Below, piece by piece: positions 17,124-32,814 of a stretch of DNA of 64,000 nt. Within the stretch, counting starts at the first letter, position 1, and each line of letters opens with the position of its first letter. Source of the DNA: the human T2T-CHM13v2.0 reference genome, Homo sapiens. Position numbers and translations under genes: made by a program. Where the stretch lies: NCBI RefSeq assembly GCF_009914755.1, contig NC_060947.1; one strand, 5' to 3'. The notes under the pieces were generated by a model. It did no database searches and was not told where the DNA came from. It saw nothing but the letters and a program-made list of their open reading frames with translations.

Positions 17124-18025
17124 GGGATATAGTAAAGACTAATGACCAAAACTCGAGAGAAAGGAGGGGGCTTGCCATTCCTAGGGCATGGCTCACCATC
17201 TGCTGCCAGAGGACATTGGAAGTCAAAGGGAGGCACCAGCAGTGGGTCAGTGACAGCTTCAGCCTCTGCACTACATCCTGAGGTGTCCCCAGTCCTCATA
17301 GCACATGCCTGCAGTCTGAAGACAAGAGAGGGAGCTGAGTTTCCTGAGCCAGGCTCCTGTTCAGTCACCCCAGACCAGCTTCAAGCTCTGGCCCACAAAG
17401 TCATCTGGGGTCTGGTTGTCTCTCAGCTCCCCTCCTTGGGACATGGATCCTCACCTCTTGCCATACACAGGCTCCAGTGTGGAAGGGATACAGGATGGGG
17501 CATTTGGGGGTTCTTTCTGACTGGCTGTGACCCCAGAGAGGGAGGTGTCATGCTGGAGAGTTGGACAGCCACCCTCTATGGCGACCAGCCCTACCACCCG
17601 GCCTGGAAACATGCCCACTGTGGGGAACCCAATTGTGAGATTCCCCTCTGCCTCACCCCAGTTTTCTGGGCGGAGATGTCCACAGGCAAGTGTGGGCGGG
17701 TCCTCTGGCACATTAAGCTTTATCTGTAGGCTGGTACCTATGAAATCTGGAAGGCTGGGGATTTCGGAATCTCTGACCCATTCAACCTGGAGCATCTTGC
17801 TGAGTCCCACCAAGAATGGAGACCTCAGGGCCTAGTTGTTTGATTTGCGAAATGTCATTTTAGGCCACCTCCTTACCAGCGGGTCCACTGCACAAATGTC
17901 TTGCTCAGATCCTTAAGAGCTGAGGAGTGCCAACAGCACTCCTGACGGATGGGTGGCCAGCAGCAGAGGCAGGAGCCCTGTGCCCTGCCAGGGGAGAATC
18001 AGGAATGAAAAGCTTTCCCAGTGCT

Positions 18026-18330
<305 letters not shown>

Positions 18331-19040
18331 ACTTTCCCAGTGCTTACAAATCCATCTTCCATCTCACCTCGGCCTGCAGTGTGCTGTGTGACCACTAAGA
18401 GGCACTGTGAGGTCACAAGAAGCTTGGAGAAGCGCGGCCACCATTTCAGTCCCAGCCTCCGGGAAGTGAGAAAACCCCTAGGGAAAGGTGCAGGATTCTG
18501 GGACTCTTTGGGACATCCCTCCCTGGCAGAAAGGATCTATTCTAGTCAGCAGTGGGGACCTGGGCTGGGCACCTCATGCTGGCCGTTGCGAAGGGTGGTG
18601 CAAAGAGGAAAAGAACAGAGACCTAAAGGGGCCCTAATTCATCCCAGGCACCGGCCACTGGCAGATGACTGGCCCAAACAAGCCCGGAGGGCCACACTGC
18701 AGAACCAAGCAGGAGGCGGAGCCGAGCAGGGAAGGCGGGACCCTGGAGGACGTCTTGGCTCCTGGCTTCGCGGGTTCTTTGGGATGTTTTAGGAAGGACT
18801 CTTGACCTCCAGATGTGTGGTGGTTGGAGGTATGGGATGCAGTGGAGGACCCAACACGGAACAAACGGGAGACTGGGTGTTGTTTTGACACCTCCCTTTC
18901 ATGTTCTCACGTCCATGTCATCGCCAAGTTCTTTCATTTCTACCTCCTGAATATCCCTGGAATTTTTCCCCTTTGACCCAAATCTGCTCCCTCCACCCTT
19001 GTCTAAGCCACCATCATCTCTCCTTGATGTCTCCAAGATA

Positions 19041-19243
19041 CGGTTGCCGCATAAAATACAGGACACCCAGTTAAATTTGAATTTCACATAAACACAGAAT
19101 AATTTTTAGTACATCTTGTACAATACTTGGGATGTACTTATACTAAAAAACCATTGTCTATTATCTGAAATTCCCATTTAACTGGGTATCCGGGGTTTGG
19201 TTTTGTTTCACTCTTTTGTTTTGTTTCTAAATCTGGCAACTCG
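19041..19243. mobile_element. MER53-like palindromic MITE
   Basis: ggttgcc...aaaatacaggacacccagttaaatttgaatttca...tgaaattcccatttaactgggtatcc...aaatctggcaac. Confidence 0.8.
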
Positions 19244-19764
19244 ACCAAGAGTTTTCCCAGCCCTGTGCCTCTTCAAGGCTTTCTCTACAGAGCAGCCAGA
19301 ATGAACATACAGAAATTCAAATCTACCCAGGTCACTGCCTTGCTTAAAACCCTGACCACCTCCCAGCTCTCAACTCCATCTTCCACTGTTTCCCTAAGCC
19401 CACAGCATGCCCCCAGCAAACCAAATACACTGTTGCCTCTTAAATGTGCCCCACATCCTTCTACACACTCCCATCCCTGTCCAGCCACCTAAAGAATTCA
19501 AACATGGTTATCAAACTCAACTACCACCCCTTTTTGTCAGGCTCTTCCAGACATGTCGCCTGCCTCCCCCAAGCCAAGCACGCCCTCTTTGCACTGTATA
19601 GTAGCCTTTTGTAGAGCACTTGTTTAGCTGTATCTAAATGATTTGTTTAGGTGTCTGACTTCCCCCACTAGACTGTGTCCTCCTTCAAGGAAGGGGCCCA
19701 GTGTTATTCATCTTTGCAACCACAGTGCACAGCACAGTGCGTGGCCCAGAGTGGGGCATTCAAT

Positions 19765-19848
19765 GAAGGAAGGAAAGAAGAAAGGAAGGAAGGAAGGAAG
19801 GAAGGAAGGAAGGAAGGAAGGAAGGAAGGAAGGAAGGAAGGAAGGAAA
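19765..19848 (+). repeat. (GAAG)n tetranucleotide microsatellite at an L2 end
   Basis: Long run of gaag units seen directly. Confidence 0.95.
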
Positions 19849-20467
19849 ATTCGTGATTCCAAATCTGAAGCCTAGATGGGCCACTGGAAGTGACTGCAAT
19901 GACAGTACAGGACACCAGGGGGCAGAATAACCTCAGTTTTCTTTAAGGGAGAGGGGCGTGGTACAGAAAGCCGACTTCTTGGCTCTGGGCTTCCTTCTCC
20001 AGTTCCAAAGAGAAGAGTTTTATTGTTTTGTTTTGTTTTTAAATCACGGAAACATAAAACAAGAATGGACCTTAAGAGACCATGGGAACCAATCCTCTGC
20101 TTTTTCGTAGTTAAAAAATTCTTTGCATTTCCACTTAACTATCTGTTTTCAGGTGGTGAAAAACATCCTTTGGTTTGTTACAGACAAATCACAGAGAGGT
20201 TAGAGGACTTGCTCCAAATTACCCAGCAAGTGAGCAGTACAAGGAGGCCTGGAGCCCAGTGTTCTGCAGACATGATCCCATTTCATCCTCACTGCAGCCC
20301 CATGAGCGAGGCACTATTGTTGTCTTACAGGTGGGGAACATAGAGAGGTTGTCATCTGACTGGATCACACCGTGGTAGAGCAGGGAGTTGGATGAATGCA
20401 GGCAGGTCTCCAATCTTCCTTTCTAGTGTCCCTACCTCTCTTACACTCTCAAATCTTTGCTTGGCTC

Positions 20468-20795
<328 letters not shown>

Positions 20796-23575
20796 TAAGA
20801 CAAATGAGGGTATCTGGGATGCAGACTCTAGGGAGGCATTCCTTCAAGGGCAGGGGTATGCCTGAGAGTGAGCCCCTCCTGACACTGTGTGCCCCAGGGT
20901 CCTCACTTGCCTCCCTCTAACCTTGGCCCTGGGTGCAGTATTTGAACAGAAACCCTGTTCTCCTTTCCTCCAACTGCTAGGCCAGTCTAACTATGGAGAG
21001 GTCTCAAGGAGGCAGGAGCCACTTGAGCTCTTTAAGGAAGGTGAGATGGATGGCAAGTGACCACCAGAGACTGTGTTCCGCCCTGTATAACTGCTTCATT
21101 GTAGAGCCTCAACTCAATAGGGTACAAACACACAATGCTTTTCTCTTTCCACAGTCATGAACCATCTTGGCAGGGTTCTGGAGGCTTCCCCACTTCAGAG
21201 TTCCCTGACATGGGAGAAGCTATTTGGCCACTACTTCTTCCAACCAACCCAATCCCTACCCACACCTATGCACACACCTGTCCCCAGCAGTATCTACAAA
21301 GACCTTTGTTGTTGAGGTCCCCTTGCCCTGAAGCCAGTCCTCTTGAACAGGACAAGGTAAGACAACTCAAATGTGTGACCTTTGGAGGTGTCCCTCTGAC
21401 CTGAGGAAAGCGCACATGGCTGGCTACACCACTGCCGCCTCTGCTCTTTGCCCTCTCTCCACTCCCCTTTAGTTGTTCTCATAGGCTCAGGGCAGAGTCA
21501 CAAGGCTGCCACCCAAGCAGATGTCCAACCAGGAATGAGATAACATGTCCCACTTCACAGCCTGACCCCCTATGCCGTCCCAATCTTGATGGCATTCTCT
21601 TGGAACCCCTCACTTGGCCACAACACTGGGCCAAAGTCTCCTGATCATCCCAGTGGTGCCCCACCACTACTTTCTGCTTATCTAGACGGGGTGGGAGCAG
21701 TAGAACCTGTTTGCTAAGCTCTTAATAAGCCCTGAAGGAAGCATTGGTCCCCTATCATTGGAAGTTCCTTGGCACTTCTTTCTTGGAACTAGTCCTCAGC
21801 TTTGGGCCCTTGTTGCCAGTTCTCAGGTCTATAGAAGTCCCACTCACATCCTGTTGAATGTCAATTGCATAATTTTGTATCCCTGTGTTCCAACTCCTGA
21901 GGACTGGAGGGAAAATGAGTGTCCCCTCTTCACCTCAGCTATTTTACATTGGATGGAAATGGGGCATAGAGTACCAAGGTGCCAAGAATGGAGGAAAGGA
22001 TAAGCTGGGAGCCATTCTCAAGTAAAAGGGACCTTGGAGTAGTGGAAAGAGTAACTCATTGTCACTCACTGGATGCATGCCTTGTGCAAGTCACGGAACT
22101 CCCTGAGATTCAGTTTCTTCATCTGTAAACTGCAGATAACACAAATGTCCCAGGAATGTAGTAAAGATTAGATGAGATCATGTATGTAGAAGCCTTATAT
22201 AAACTGTAAAGCACTGATCAAAGGAGTGAAGCTAATTATTAATTAGTTTTAAAGAAGCCATCCCTACCATCAAAGATCTTGCAGGGATTGGGTAGCAATT
22301 CATAAGAGATTATGACAGAGGGCTGAGCTGTGGGAGGCAGTAGAGAGCAGTTGTTAAGAGCAGGGACCTTGGTTTCTAGCTCTGGCACATCCTAGCTGTG
22401 TGACTTTGAATAAGTCACTGCCCCTCTCTGAACCTCAGTTTCCTCAGATGTAAAGTAAGGATGATAACACCTCCCTCAGGACCTGGGAGGATCGGATGAA
22501 ATGGTACACAAGAAGAATGAGCTAGCACAGGGCTTAATACATAGTGGTGCCCAATAAATGTTGGCTGTAGCTAGGGTTATTAAGAGATCAGCAGCCATTA
22601 CAAAGGGAAGGAGGGGTCAGGGAAAATCTCCTATGGGAGATTAGGCTTGAATTTGGCCTTGAAAACAGGAGACAAATTTGGAATGTCAGAAAAAGTTGCA
22701 TATAAGTAAGTCTTGCCAAGCACTGGGGGAACAAAAAAGTAAGGCCCCAAAGTTTACTTCCATCCTCTCTCCTAGATGGTCTGAAAAGATGGTCATGCAG
22801 GTGGCCTGGCCCAAGAGGGGCATGCCAGTGAGAAGCCATAGGGAAACTGACATAGTGACATGGCCCTCCTACTCCTGCTGAAATTCAAACCTCTTCACAG
22901 GCAGTCGAGGGAGAACTCTGGGCCAAGCTGTGCGGTCTACCTCCTACTTTGTGACCCAGGGTGGCCCTGAGGCCCTGGGCCTGTCCCTCTAGCCCTCCCC
23001 TGATAAATCAGTCCCTAACATGTGCCTCTTGGTTGTCAGTGGATAAATGCATGACTCCTTCCAGGGAACTGGTGTGCATTTCAGTGGGGGCTTTCTAGAA
23101 ACAATACCTTACCTCCCAGAGTTTCCCAAGAGCAGCTGGAGCTCTTGTTTTCTTACTTGAAACCTCAGTGGATTCCTCCAGCAGTTTAAATCTTCATCGT
23201 TTGCTGAATCCCAGGACCCAGGAAGCACAGTTTGCACCTGTCTTAATACCCAGGACTCACTGGGGCCACCTTCAGCCTTGGAGACAAGATGGGCCAGAGG
23301 GAGAACAGCTGGTGGCCCACATCTGCTTTTGCTTTTGTTTGGACAAAGATGATGTGCCATGTCCTTTTCTCTGTCACTGTGCATTGGTCAGAATATGTGG
23401 AGTTATGCTGCAATAACACAGAAACCCTGAAATCTCAGGGGTTTAACACAAGAAAGGCTTATTTCTGGTTCTCACAAAAGTCTAGTGCAGGTTGGATGAC
23501 ACGTAGTAAGGCCAACCTGAAACATGTGGCCTCCTAGAACTCCACAGCAGGGGGAAAGACAGATGGAGAAGTAAA

Positions 23576-23930
23576 TAGTCTTAGTCAGCATGGGCTGTCA
23601 TAACAAACTAGCATAGACTGGGTAGCTTAAAGAAGAGGAATTCATTTCTCACAGTTCCACAGCTGGAAAGCCCACAGTCAAGACACTGGCAGATTCAGTG
23701 TCAGGTAAGGGCACTCTTTCTGGCTTGCAGATGGCTGACTTCTCGCTGTGTCTTCCCATGGCTGAGAGAGAGCTAGCTCTCTGGTATCTCCTCTTACGAA
23801 GGCACTAATCCTATTGGATCAGGGCCCCATACTCATTTAACCTTAATTACTTCCTAACACCAAATACAGCCACACTGGCGGTCTAGTGTTTCAATATATG
23901 GATAAGGGGGACACAATTCAGCCCATAACA
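23576..23930 (-). mobile_element. MaLR LTR (MLT1A-like), apparently nested in an older MLT1 LTR (~23380-24080)
   Basis: tcttagtc...catagactgggtagcttaaa...ctttctggcttgcagatggc...ggggacacaattcagcccataaca. Confidence 0.75.
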
Positions 23931-24320
23931 GCACACCAACTCTTAACTGTCTTGGCCCAGAAATGATGCACATTAAGTTCACTGACTCTCTTGGTCAGAA
24001 TTAGTCACGTGGCCCAAGCTTAATTGCAAGAAAGGCTGAGAAATGTAGGGGAGCAAATATTTGCTGAGCGCAATCTGTGCCACACACTGTCTTCTAGGCT
24101 GAGCCTTGAGGAAGAAGGAAAGTCTCGAAAGTCAGAACAGTGGCTCGGATGTAAAGTGTAAGGAAACACACACCTGGGACTGTCTGCCAGGCAGGTTCAA
24201 GGAACCAAGACCAGGAACCTGGTTCTGAATAGAATTCTTGGGGGAAGAGGGGGGAGGAGGGAACTTGTCCCTGTGTTTGGTATATTTCGAGGTTTACTAT
24301 GTCTTCTGCCCAGGATGTGA

Positions 24321-24753
<433 letters not shown>

Positions 24754-25731
24754 AACGTGTTTTTTTTTTTTTTTAACAATCATTTTCCACTACATAGCAA
24801 TAGGAAGAGGGTTAACACAATTATGTCAAATAGGAATCTTCAGGAGCGAGCTTTAGTGAATAGATAAGCCTGATATGCAAGCAGCACAGCCATGGTTGAT
24901 TTCTAACTTGCTGGTGGGTCTGTTTTTTTAAACAGAAGATCCTGGGTTCCTTTGGTGGGTACTGGGAGGCAGTGTATCAAACCCACTGTCTCATAGCCCA
25001 ACCGCTATATGAACTAGTTCAAAGCTTGAATTGGTGAAGTCCAAAAAAGAGAAGCTTTGCTTTTCCAACATGTTCAGAACTGTGATGGGAAAATGGTTGA
25101 CTAAGTGCCACATCTTTCCTCTGCTCGAATAGAATGTAGATCATTGAGCCATGTGTAGTGACAAGGTGTTTTTGGGAAAGGTCTCAATGCTATGAATTGT
25201 TATTGTGCTCATGACCCTCCCTTAAGATGGCGTAAACGCCCTGGCATGATCAGCCCACACCTGCCTCTTTAACCTTATCTCTCTGCCTAATCCCATAGGG
25301 ACACCAGCCTCCATTCTGGTCCAAGAGGCCCCAAGTCCTTTGCTGCCCTGGGGCTTTTGTGCTGGCTGTTCTCTCTGCCTGGAATGTTCTTCCTCCAGAT
25401 TTTTGTGGGCTGCTTCCTTTTCATCTTTCAGGCTCAGCTCAAAAGCCACTAGCTCATAGAGGTCTGACAACCCATATAAAGTCAAAGTATCTCCCCTGGT
25501 ACCCCAGAAACACATATACTGTTTGTCATCACCCAGTTTATTTCTTTGTTAATAAATATCACAGTCATCCCCTATCTTGTTCATCAATTACTTACTTCTG
25601 AATGTCTTCGGAGAAATTTCTTAGGGCTGAGCCTACTAGACTGTGAGTTTCCCAAGGGAAAATAGGGACTGAGGTCTCTATAGCCTTTGTCTCCTGCAAG
25701 GTAGGGAAGAGGCAGTGATGACTCATGTTTA

Positions 25732-26115
<384 letters not shown>

Positions 26116-26389
26116 CTACTGTGTATAAGTTTAGCATCCACTATGTTCTAGGGCTCTAGGCTGGCATGGTCCTTGCCTGCCTCCATGGAACTTGCAGTTC
26201 CAATGGAAAAAGCATAAATCAAGCAATTACTACTTTTAATTATCATCATTTAATAATAATGTACTGATAGTAGTAGCAATGGCTAACTCATATTATGCTT
26301 ATGTGTTTTGTGCTGGGCACAGGGAGGGGGGTTATAGATCCTCTCTGAAGACACACAGTGTCCAGCACAAAACAAGACAAATAATAAGA

Positions 26390-26570
26390 GACATTTATAT
26401 AGTGCTTATTATGTACCATGCATTGTTCCAAACACTTTGCATCTATTAACTCATTTAATTCTCACAGTGGCCCTATGAGGTAGGTACCATTATTATTCCT
26501 AGTTTTACAGATGAGGACATTGAGGCTCAGAGAGGTCAAACAGGTTGCTCAAGGCCACACAGCCAGTGAG
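26390..26570 (-). mobile_element. MIR
   Basis: actcatttaattctcac...ttttacagatgaggacattgaggctcagagaggtcaa. Confidence 0.75.
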
Positions 26571-26799
26571 GGTGAAATGAGCTATTATTAGTCACTACCT
26601 GGGAATTCCCCTGTTTTTGTTGTGGTTGTTGTTGATCTGGGTTGCTTAGGAAGTGCTACATCAATTCCTACAGCATTTTAGATCCTGTCTGCTGATAGTT
26701 GTGGTAAACAAACAATACCCTATTAGATGCTGCTGATTTTTCTCATTGATTTTGTATATGATTTAATAGTTTTGAATCTCAGTCAGAAGTGAAGATTAC

Positions 26800-26943
26800 C
26801 TGTCAGACACTATGCTCACTACCTGGGTGACAGGATCATTTGTACACCAAACCTGAGTGGCATGTGATTTACCCATGTAACAAACCTGCACATGTACTCC
26901 CGAACCTAAAATAAAAGTTGAGAGGAAAAACAAGAAAAAAAAA
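26800..26943 (+). mobile_element. Very short 5'-truncated L1PA 3' end
   Basis: ctacctgggtgacaggatc...catgtaacaaacctgcacatgtac...aataaaag plus A-tail. TSD agtgaagatt. Confidence 0.85.
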
Positions 26944-28811
26944 GAGAGTGAAGATTTCAAAAAGTCATCTTGGCAGGGAAGTCATGTTGACAAGAATTTT
27001 CTTTGTTCTATGTTAGGATCTCGCGCTACCCAGTTTAATGAATTCTATGTAGAAATGTTCCCAAACACCGTGTGCTTCCCTCAAGGAATGGCTGAAAATG
27101 CAGTAGAATGTAAATATCATCATGTTTTGTAGACTGCTCACAAATCATCGAAATCAGTGAATTCATTCCAGCAAATTCTTCTTGAGCTCCAACTATGTGG
27201 AAGCTACAATTCTTGGTACTGGGATTACAGCAGTGATCAAAACAGCCTAAAGCCCCCTGCTTTCATGGTACATATGATATAATAGAGCGAGACAGAAAAT
27301 AAAGAAAATGAATAAGTAAAAATTGTCATTTGATGATAAATGCTATTAGAGAAACATAAAGCATAGAAGGGGAATAGGGAGAGTGGGGGTTGGGTGCAAC
27401 TTTAAATAGGGTGACCAGGGCAGGACTCACTGAGGAAGTAACTCATGAGCAAAGCTCTGAAGGGAGTGAGGGCATTTCCAGTAGTCCAGCTTGAGGCCCT
27501 AGTATATGTGAGACCTGAGGCATTGGCCTGGCTTGCCCTAGATGTTCCTCTTCTTTTTGAGCCTGCTTGTGTTTGTCGGCTATTGGGTGAGGCTTGGCAC
27601 AAGCAGTTGGGCCCAAGGGCACCCACTCATCCCTCCTGGGCTTGGAAAGCTGCTGTGCTGAAATGACCCCACCCCCATGCCCCTCCTGGGGACAGGGGAC
27701 AGTCAAAGAGCCACTAGAGGCTCCCAAAACTCTCAAAGGGGCAAACCCTCTCCCCAGAACCTTATCAGTTTCCTGGTGCAGGCACTGCTGAGGACCTCAG
27801 CTGTTGTCTGTCCTTCTGGGTTTCTATGTTTAGTGTGAAGGCAGCCCTGGCACAGGCCTTCCTTCCCCTTCCAATCCGCAACAGCCTGTGCTCTGCATTG
27901 CAGCGTCACTTCCCTGCTGGAGGTTGCAATGTTTGCACCAAAAAGATGGCTTTCAAAGCCCAAGGTGTGTGTGCGGGGGGAGGGGTATGTGCACACACAC
28001 AATGGAAGGGGGGCTGTATCTCAGACCCTCACATTTCATGGATTCATATGTCTTTTGCTCTGAGCATAAGGCTATTGAAGTCACAGTCATGGATTCCTGT
28101 TCTTTCGTTTATTCAACATTACAGCATGGGGTTACCAGCCTGACTACTAGCATCACATTGACTTGACCTTGAATATTAGCCCAACCATCTGCTTGCCATA
28201 CGACCTTAGACAAGCTACCTGTAACCTCTCTGAGTGTTATTCTCATCTGTAAAATGGGACTCAAATGCAGTACCTTCCTTGTAAGGTTGTCAAGATTAAA
28301 TGAGATCATCTTTGAAAGGCATTCAGCACCATGCCTGGCACACAGTAGGTGTCTCATAAATGACAGCTGCTATTACTATTAATTAGCCAGGGCTTACTGC
28401 ACACCCATTGTGTGCCAGGCACAGTGCTAGGTGCTGGCAGAGTTAGCAAGAGGAACTCAAAGATGAGTGAGACAAGGCCCAGCTTGGCTCCATTCCTCAC
28501 CCACATGTGGCTGCCCCAAGGCAGTCACCTCATCCAAGGGACCTTGCAGCTGAGTGTGCAAGCACCTGGGCCCTGGCGTGGGACCCAGTGGGGTTCAGGC
28601 CAGGGAGTGTCACCAGATGGGTGCAACACCCATACCCTTACCCTCACAAATGCCCCCCGCCCCACGCTGCCAGAATGTCACCTGAGTGCTGAGTGCCGGG
28701 CCTGCCCCACAGGGCATTGGGACGGAGGGCTCAGCACCAAGGCAAGGAGCTGCTCTGTGGGCTGGTCTGGACACAGTGGAGATCTGGGTCAGCGTTTTTC
28801 TGAGTGAATTC

Positions 28812-29142
28812 TTTTTTTTTTTTTTTTGAGTCGGAGTCTCCCCCTGTTACCCAGGCTGGAGTGCAGTGGTGCCATCTTGGCTCACTGAAGCCTCTGCCTC
28901 CTGGGTTCAAGCTATTCTCCTGCCTCAGCCTTCCGTGTTCAAGCGATTCTCCTGCCTCAGCCTCCCGAGTAGCTGGGATTACAGGCATGTGCCACCACGC
29001 CCGGTTAATTTTTGTATTTTTAGTAGAGACAGGGTTTCGCCATGTTGGCCAGGCTGGTCTTGAACTCCTGACCTCAGGTGATCTGCTGGCCTCGGCCTCC
29101 CAAAGTGCTGGGATTACAGGCATGAGCCACGGTGCCCAGCCT
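28812..29142 (-). mobile_element. Alu (AluSx-like) with a 32-bp internal tandem duplication
   Basis: gttcaagcNattctcctgcctcagcct occurs at both 28905 and 28937. Confidence 0.92.
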
Positions 29143-30639
29143 TGGGTCAGTGTTCTTCTGTTTACCCTCTTCAGTGTCTCAGCGGTTGGCAAGGCATCAT
29201 CACTCTCTACCTTTTCTTGGGAAGTGGATTCCCCTCCCTGTCAGAGACTCTTCCTATTATTTTGGGGCCCCTTTCTCTTTCACACTCATTCACACACTCC
29301 CCAATCTATGTCCTCAGTCACTACTAGCCTTAGTGGTCAGTGGATCCCCATGGCGAAGGGGAAGCTCATTGGATCATAGCAATATAGCTCACTCGCCCAC
29401 AGGGCGTGGCCCACTGGAAGAAGAGGAGAGGACAGGACAGGACTTGGCCTCTGCCTTGCCTGATGGATTGTGTTATCTCATGCAGGAGGGAGTGGGGAAA
29501 CCCATGTGGCATTCGATACACAGCCCAGTGCTAAACTATGCAGTCTGAGCTCTATGCTGTCTAAGAAGAGGGCAAGGGCAGTGAGGGCCATAGCAAGGAA
29601 GGGAGACTTGAGCTGAATCTCAAAGGAGAAGAAGGATTGGGATGGGGTGGCAGACTCCAACCTGGGTCCAGGGGGATGTGCTCAGCTGTCTGATGGCTGG
29701 AAGCAGAGACCCATGTGCCATGAGGAGTGAAGATGTCCATTAGGCCCAGGTGAGAGGTGGAGCATGCGAAGTGGGGGTCAGGGCTGGGGGCAGAAGAAAG
29801 GCATAGAGGAACCATTGGCCAGAAGGTTGCAGAGGCCATAGGGGTAGCCTTTTTCCTCCAACTCCCATTCTATTCTCTTTTTAGCCTTTATTTTCCGCAC
29901 CATTCCCCTCCTCTACTCTCTTTCCCTTTTTTGGGGTCTCTTTGTCACCCTCCTCCCTTTTTTCTGAGTCTCAGTTATTTTATCTGCAAGATAAATGTGC
30001 TCATCCTGGAAGCTGGTGATGTTGCCTCTCCTGCTTTTCATTCCAATTCTGAGATCTCATTCAGCAAGAACTGCTGTCTTAGGGCTGCTCTCCCAGGACT
30101 GGGCCCTGTTGGCTCCTGTGGATATACATCCACCAGCAGAAAAGCCTGAGGGTCCAGGCCTTGGGATCTGTGCCACTGCTTGCTGGGGGTTGCGGGACAA
30201 GCCTGTTTTGCTTCTCACTCAGGCTGAAGACAGGTGAGGATGCCAAGTCCAGAAATTGCTTTGCTTCCAGCATCAAATGGCTTCCTCTCAGCAGCACAGT
30301 CCCTTTAAGATGGCGGGGGGCGGGGAAGCTAGAAGAAGACCTTTGATGTTGTTCAACTGAGAAATCCATCAGGTGGGAACAAGCCCGGAAATGCCAGAGT
30401 GAAGGGCTCCGTGGTTGGCTGCATTGGTGGGTCTACTGCCTGGACTTTGTTTTCTGATGGTAAACGTTCCCTGACATAAACACAGGCAGAGCAGGGAATA
30501 ACAACATTCAGTCCCCAAACAAACAAAACAGGAATGGGACCTGTCTTGCACGGGGAATGGCTCTTGTTGCAATGATATAGCTCAAGAGGCCTTCACTGTG
30601 GAATTTCCTGCCTTGAGCATGATGAATTTTCCATTCTTG

Positions 30640-31180
<541 letters not shown>

Positions 31181-31349
31181 TATTTCCTACCCCATCTTAT
31201 TTGACTCCCTTTCATGCACCAGACACTCCAGCCATATCAGATGCATACCCGCTTTCCACGAGTAGGCCATTTTCTTGCATTCCTGACTTTGCTTATTCTA
31301 TTCCTATTGCTTGGACCACTCTGCCCACATCCCCATTTCTGCCCATCCA

Positions 31350-31610
31350 AGAGGCAGTATGCACAGTGGTGATGAGCATGGAATCTGTCTAGGTTTGATT
31401 CTGGGCTCCATTGCTTACCATCCATGTGGCCTTGGGCAAGTCATTTAACCTCTCTGTGTTTCTATTTCCATGTCTGTTAAAAGGGTGTGATAATGGCACT
31501 TACTTTATAGGATTGTGGTAAGACCTAAGTGAGTTACTATTTGCAAGGCACTTAGAAGAGTATGTGGTACATAGTAAGCATTCTGCCAAGCATTAGGAAT
31601 TAATATTGAA
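31350..31610 (+). mobile_element. MIR inserted in L2; its 3' end (31525-31615) is duplicated at 32815-32905
   Basis: ccttgggcaagtcatttaacctctctgtg...gcacttagaagagt...catagtaagc. Confidence 0.75.
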
Positions 31611-32814
31611 ATCCTACCCTCTTTCAAGGTTCAGCTCAAATGCCACCTCCCCAGTGAATCTCTCCTGATCCACCCCAGTGGAAATGTTCTCTCCCTCCTC
31701 TAACTTTCCATAGCCTTTTAACCAGATCTCTCCTGGGGAGCTACATGCCTGGTATCATAACAATGTATGCACATGTATCTGCTACCCGAGGGTTGGGACT
31801 CTTCCATAACTTCCAAAGGGCCTTACACCCAGTAGTTGCTCAACAGATCCTGGGAGAAGGATTGAATGGAGTTGAAAGGGTGATAACACGACCCAGGAGG
31901 AGAGCACAGCTGCTTGTTAAGCCTGGCTGGCCTCCCCACCAGAAAGTGAGGGACTTGACTCTTCGCCAGCGAGTTATGTGTGTCACAGTTGGTACTGGCT
32001 CATATAGATCTGTCACTCCTCCCTTATCAGGCCTTCCTGGTGAGCACTGGCAAGGCTTGGGGCAAAGTCAACAGGGAACACAGTGAAGGGATATGCCAAG
32101 CAGCAATGTTGTCCCCTGATGGTAACCATGAGGCATCCTGGACCAGATCTGGGCTGCTTTATGCCCACCTGAATCCCAGGATTCTGGCTCTACAGTAGAG
32201 CCAGATCAATCTTGAACTAAGAGCCAAAGCCTACACATTCCCTTCCCTCAAAATGCAACCCGCTGGTCCCCTTCTCATATGACTTACCCAGTTGCTGCTG
32301 AACTTGGGCCTCCAGATGCTGCCCGCTTGCTTTCCCTTCTTTCCTTCCTGGCCAAAGATTCTAGACATAGCCAGCACTGCCTTGAGTCAGATCCATCATC
32401 CATTGAGGCAGGACTCAGCACCCCCACATACCTTTAACTACTCTATTATCTGATTTCTGTTCTTTGCTGGTGCTACTTCTTGCTGAAATGACTTCTCTGT
32501 GTGCTGCAAGTGACCATGACTTTTTTGTATACATCATAGCACATAGCATGGAGGTAGATGTTGGCTTTGCCTGTAGTAGAAGCTTCCTTAATTCTTTTTG
32601 GTTGAATCAAGGGTTGGGAGATGGGAAATAAAGCTATAGTCATTCTGGTTATATTTTTCTTAACTTTTACGATTTTGATCATGCGAGTGGATCTCTGAGT
32701 CATCAGGGCCCTCTATGCCCCTTGAGATCTAAATGACATTGCTTTGAGCCCCCTTCTACCCCTGTGCCATGAACAGTGCAAGTCAAGACCCCAGCCCAAG
32801 ATATTTTTGAATTT

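Noticed and set aside
17142-17729. 195-aa ORF in non-repeat DNA
   Set aside because: No recognisable domain or splice context, and overlapping ORFs in several frames are typical of GC-rich noncoding DNA.
19643-19930. ORFs with KEGR repeats
   Set aside because: Translation of the (GAAG)n microsatellite.
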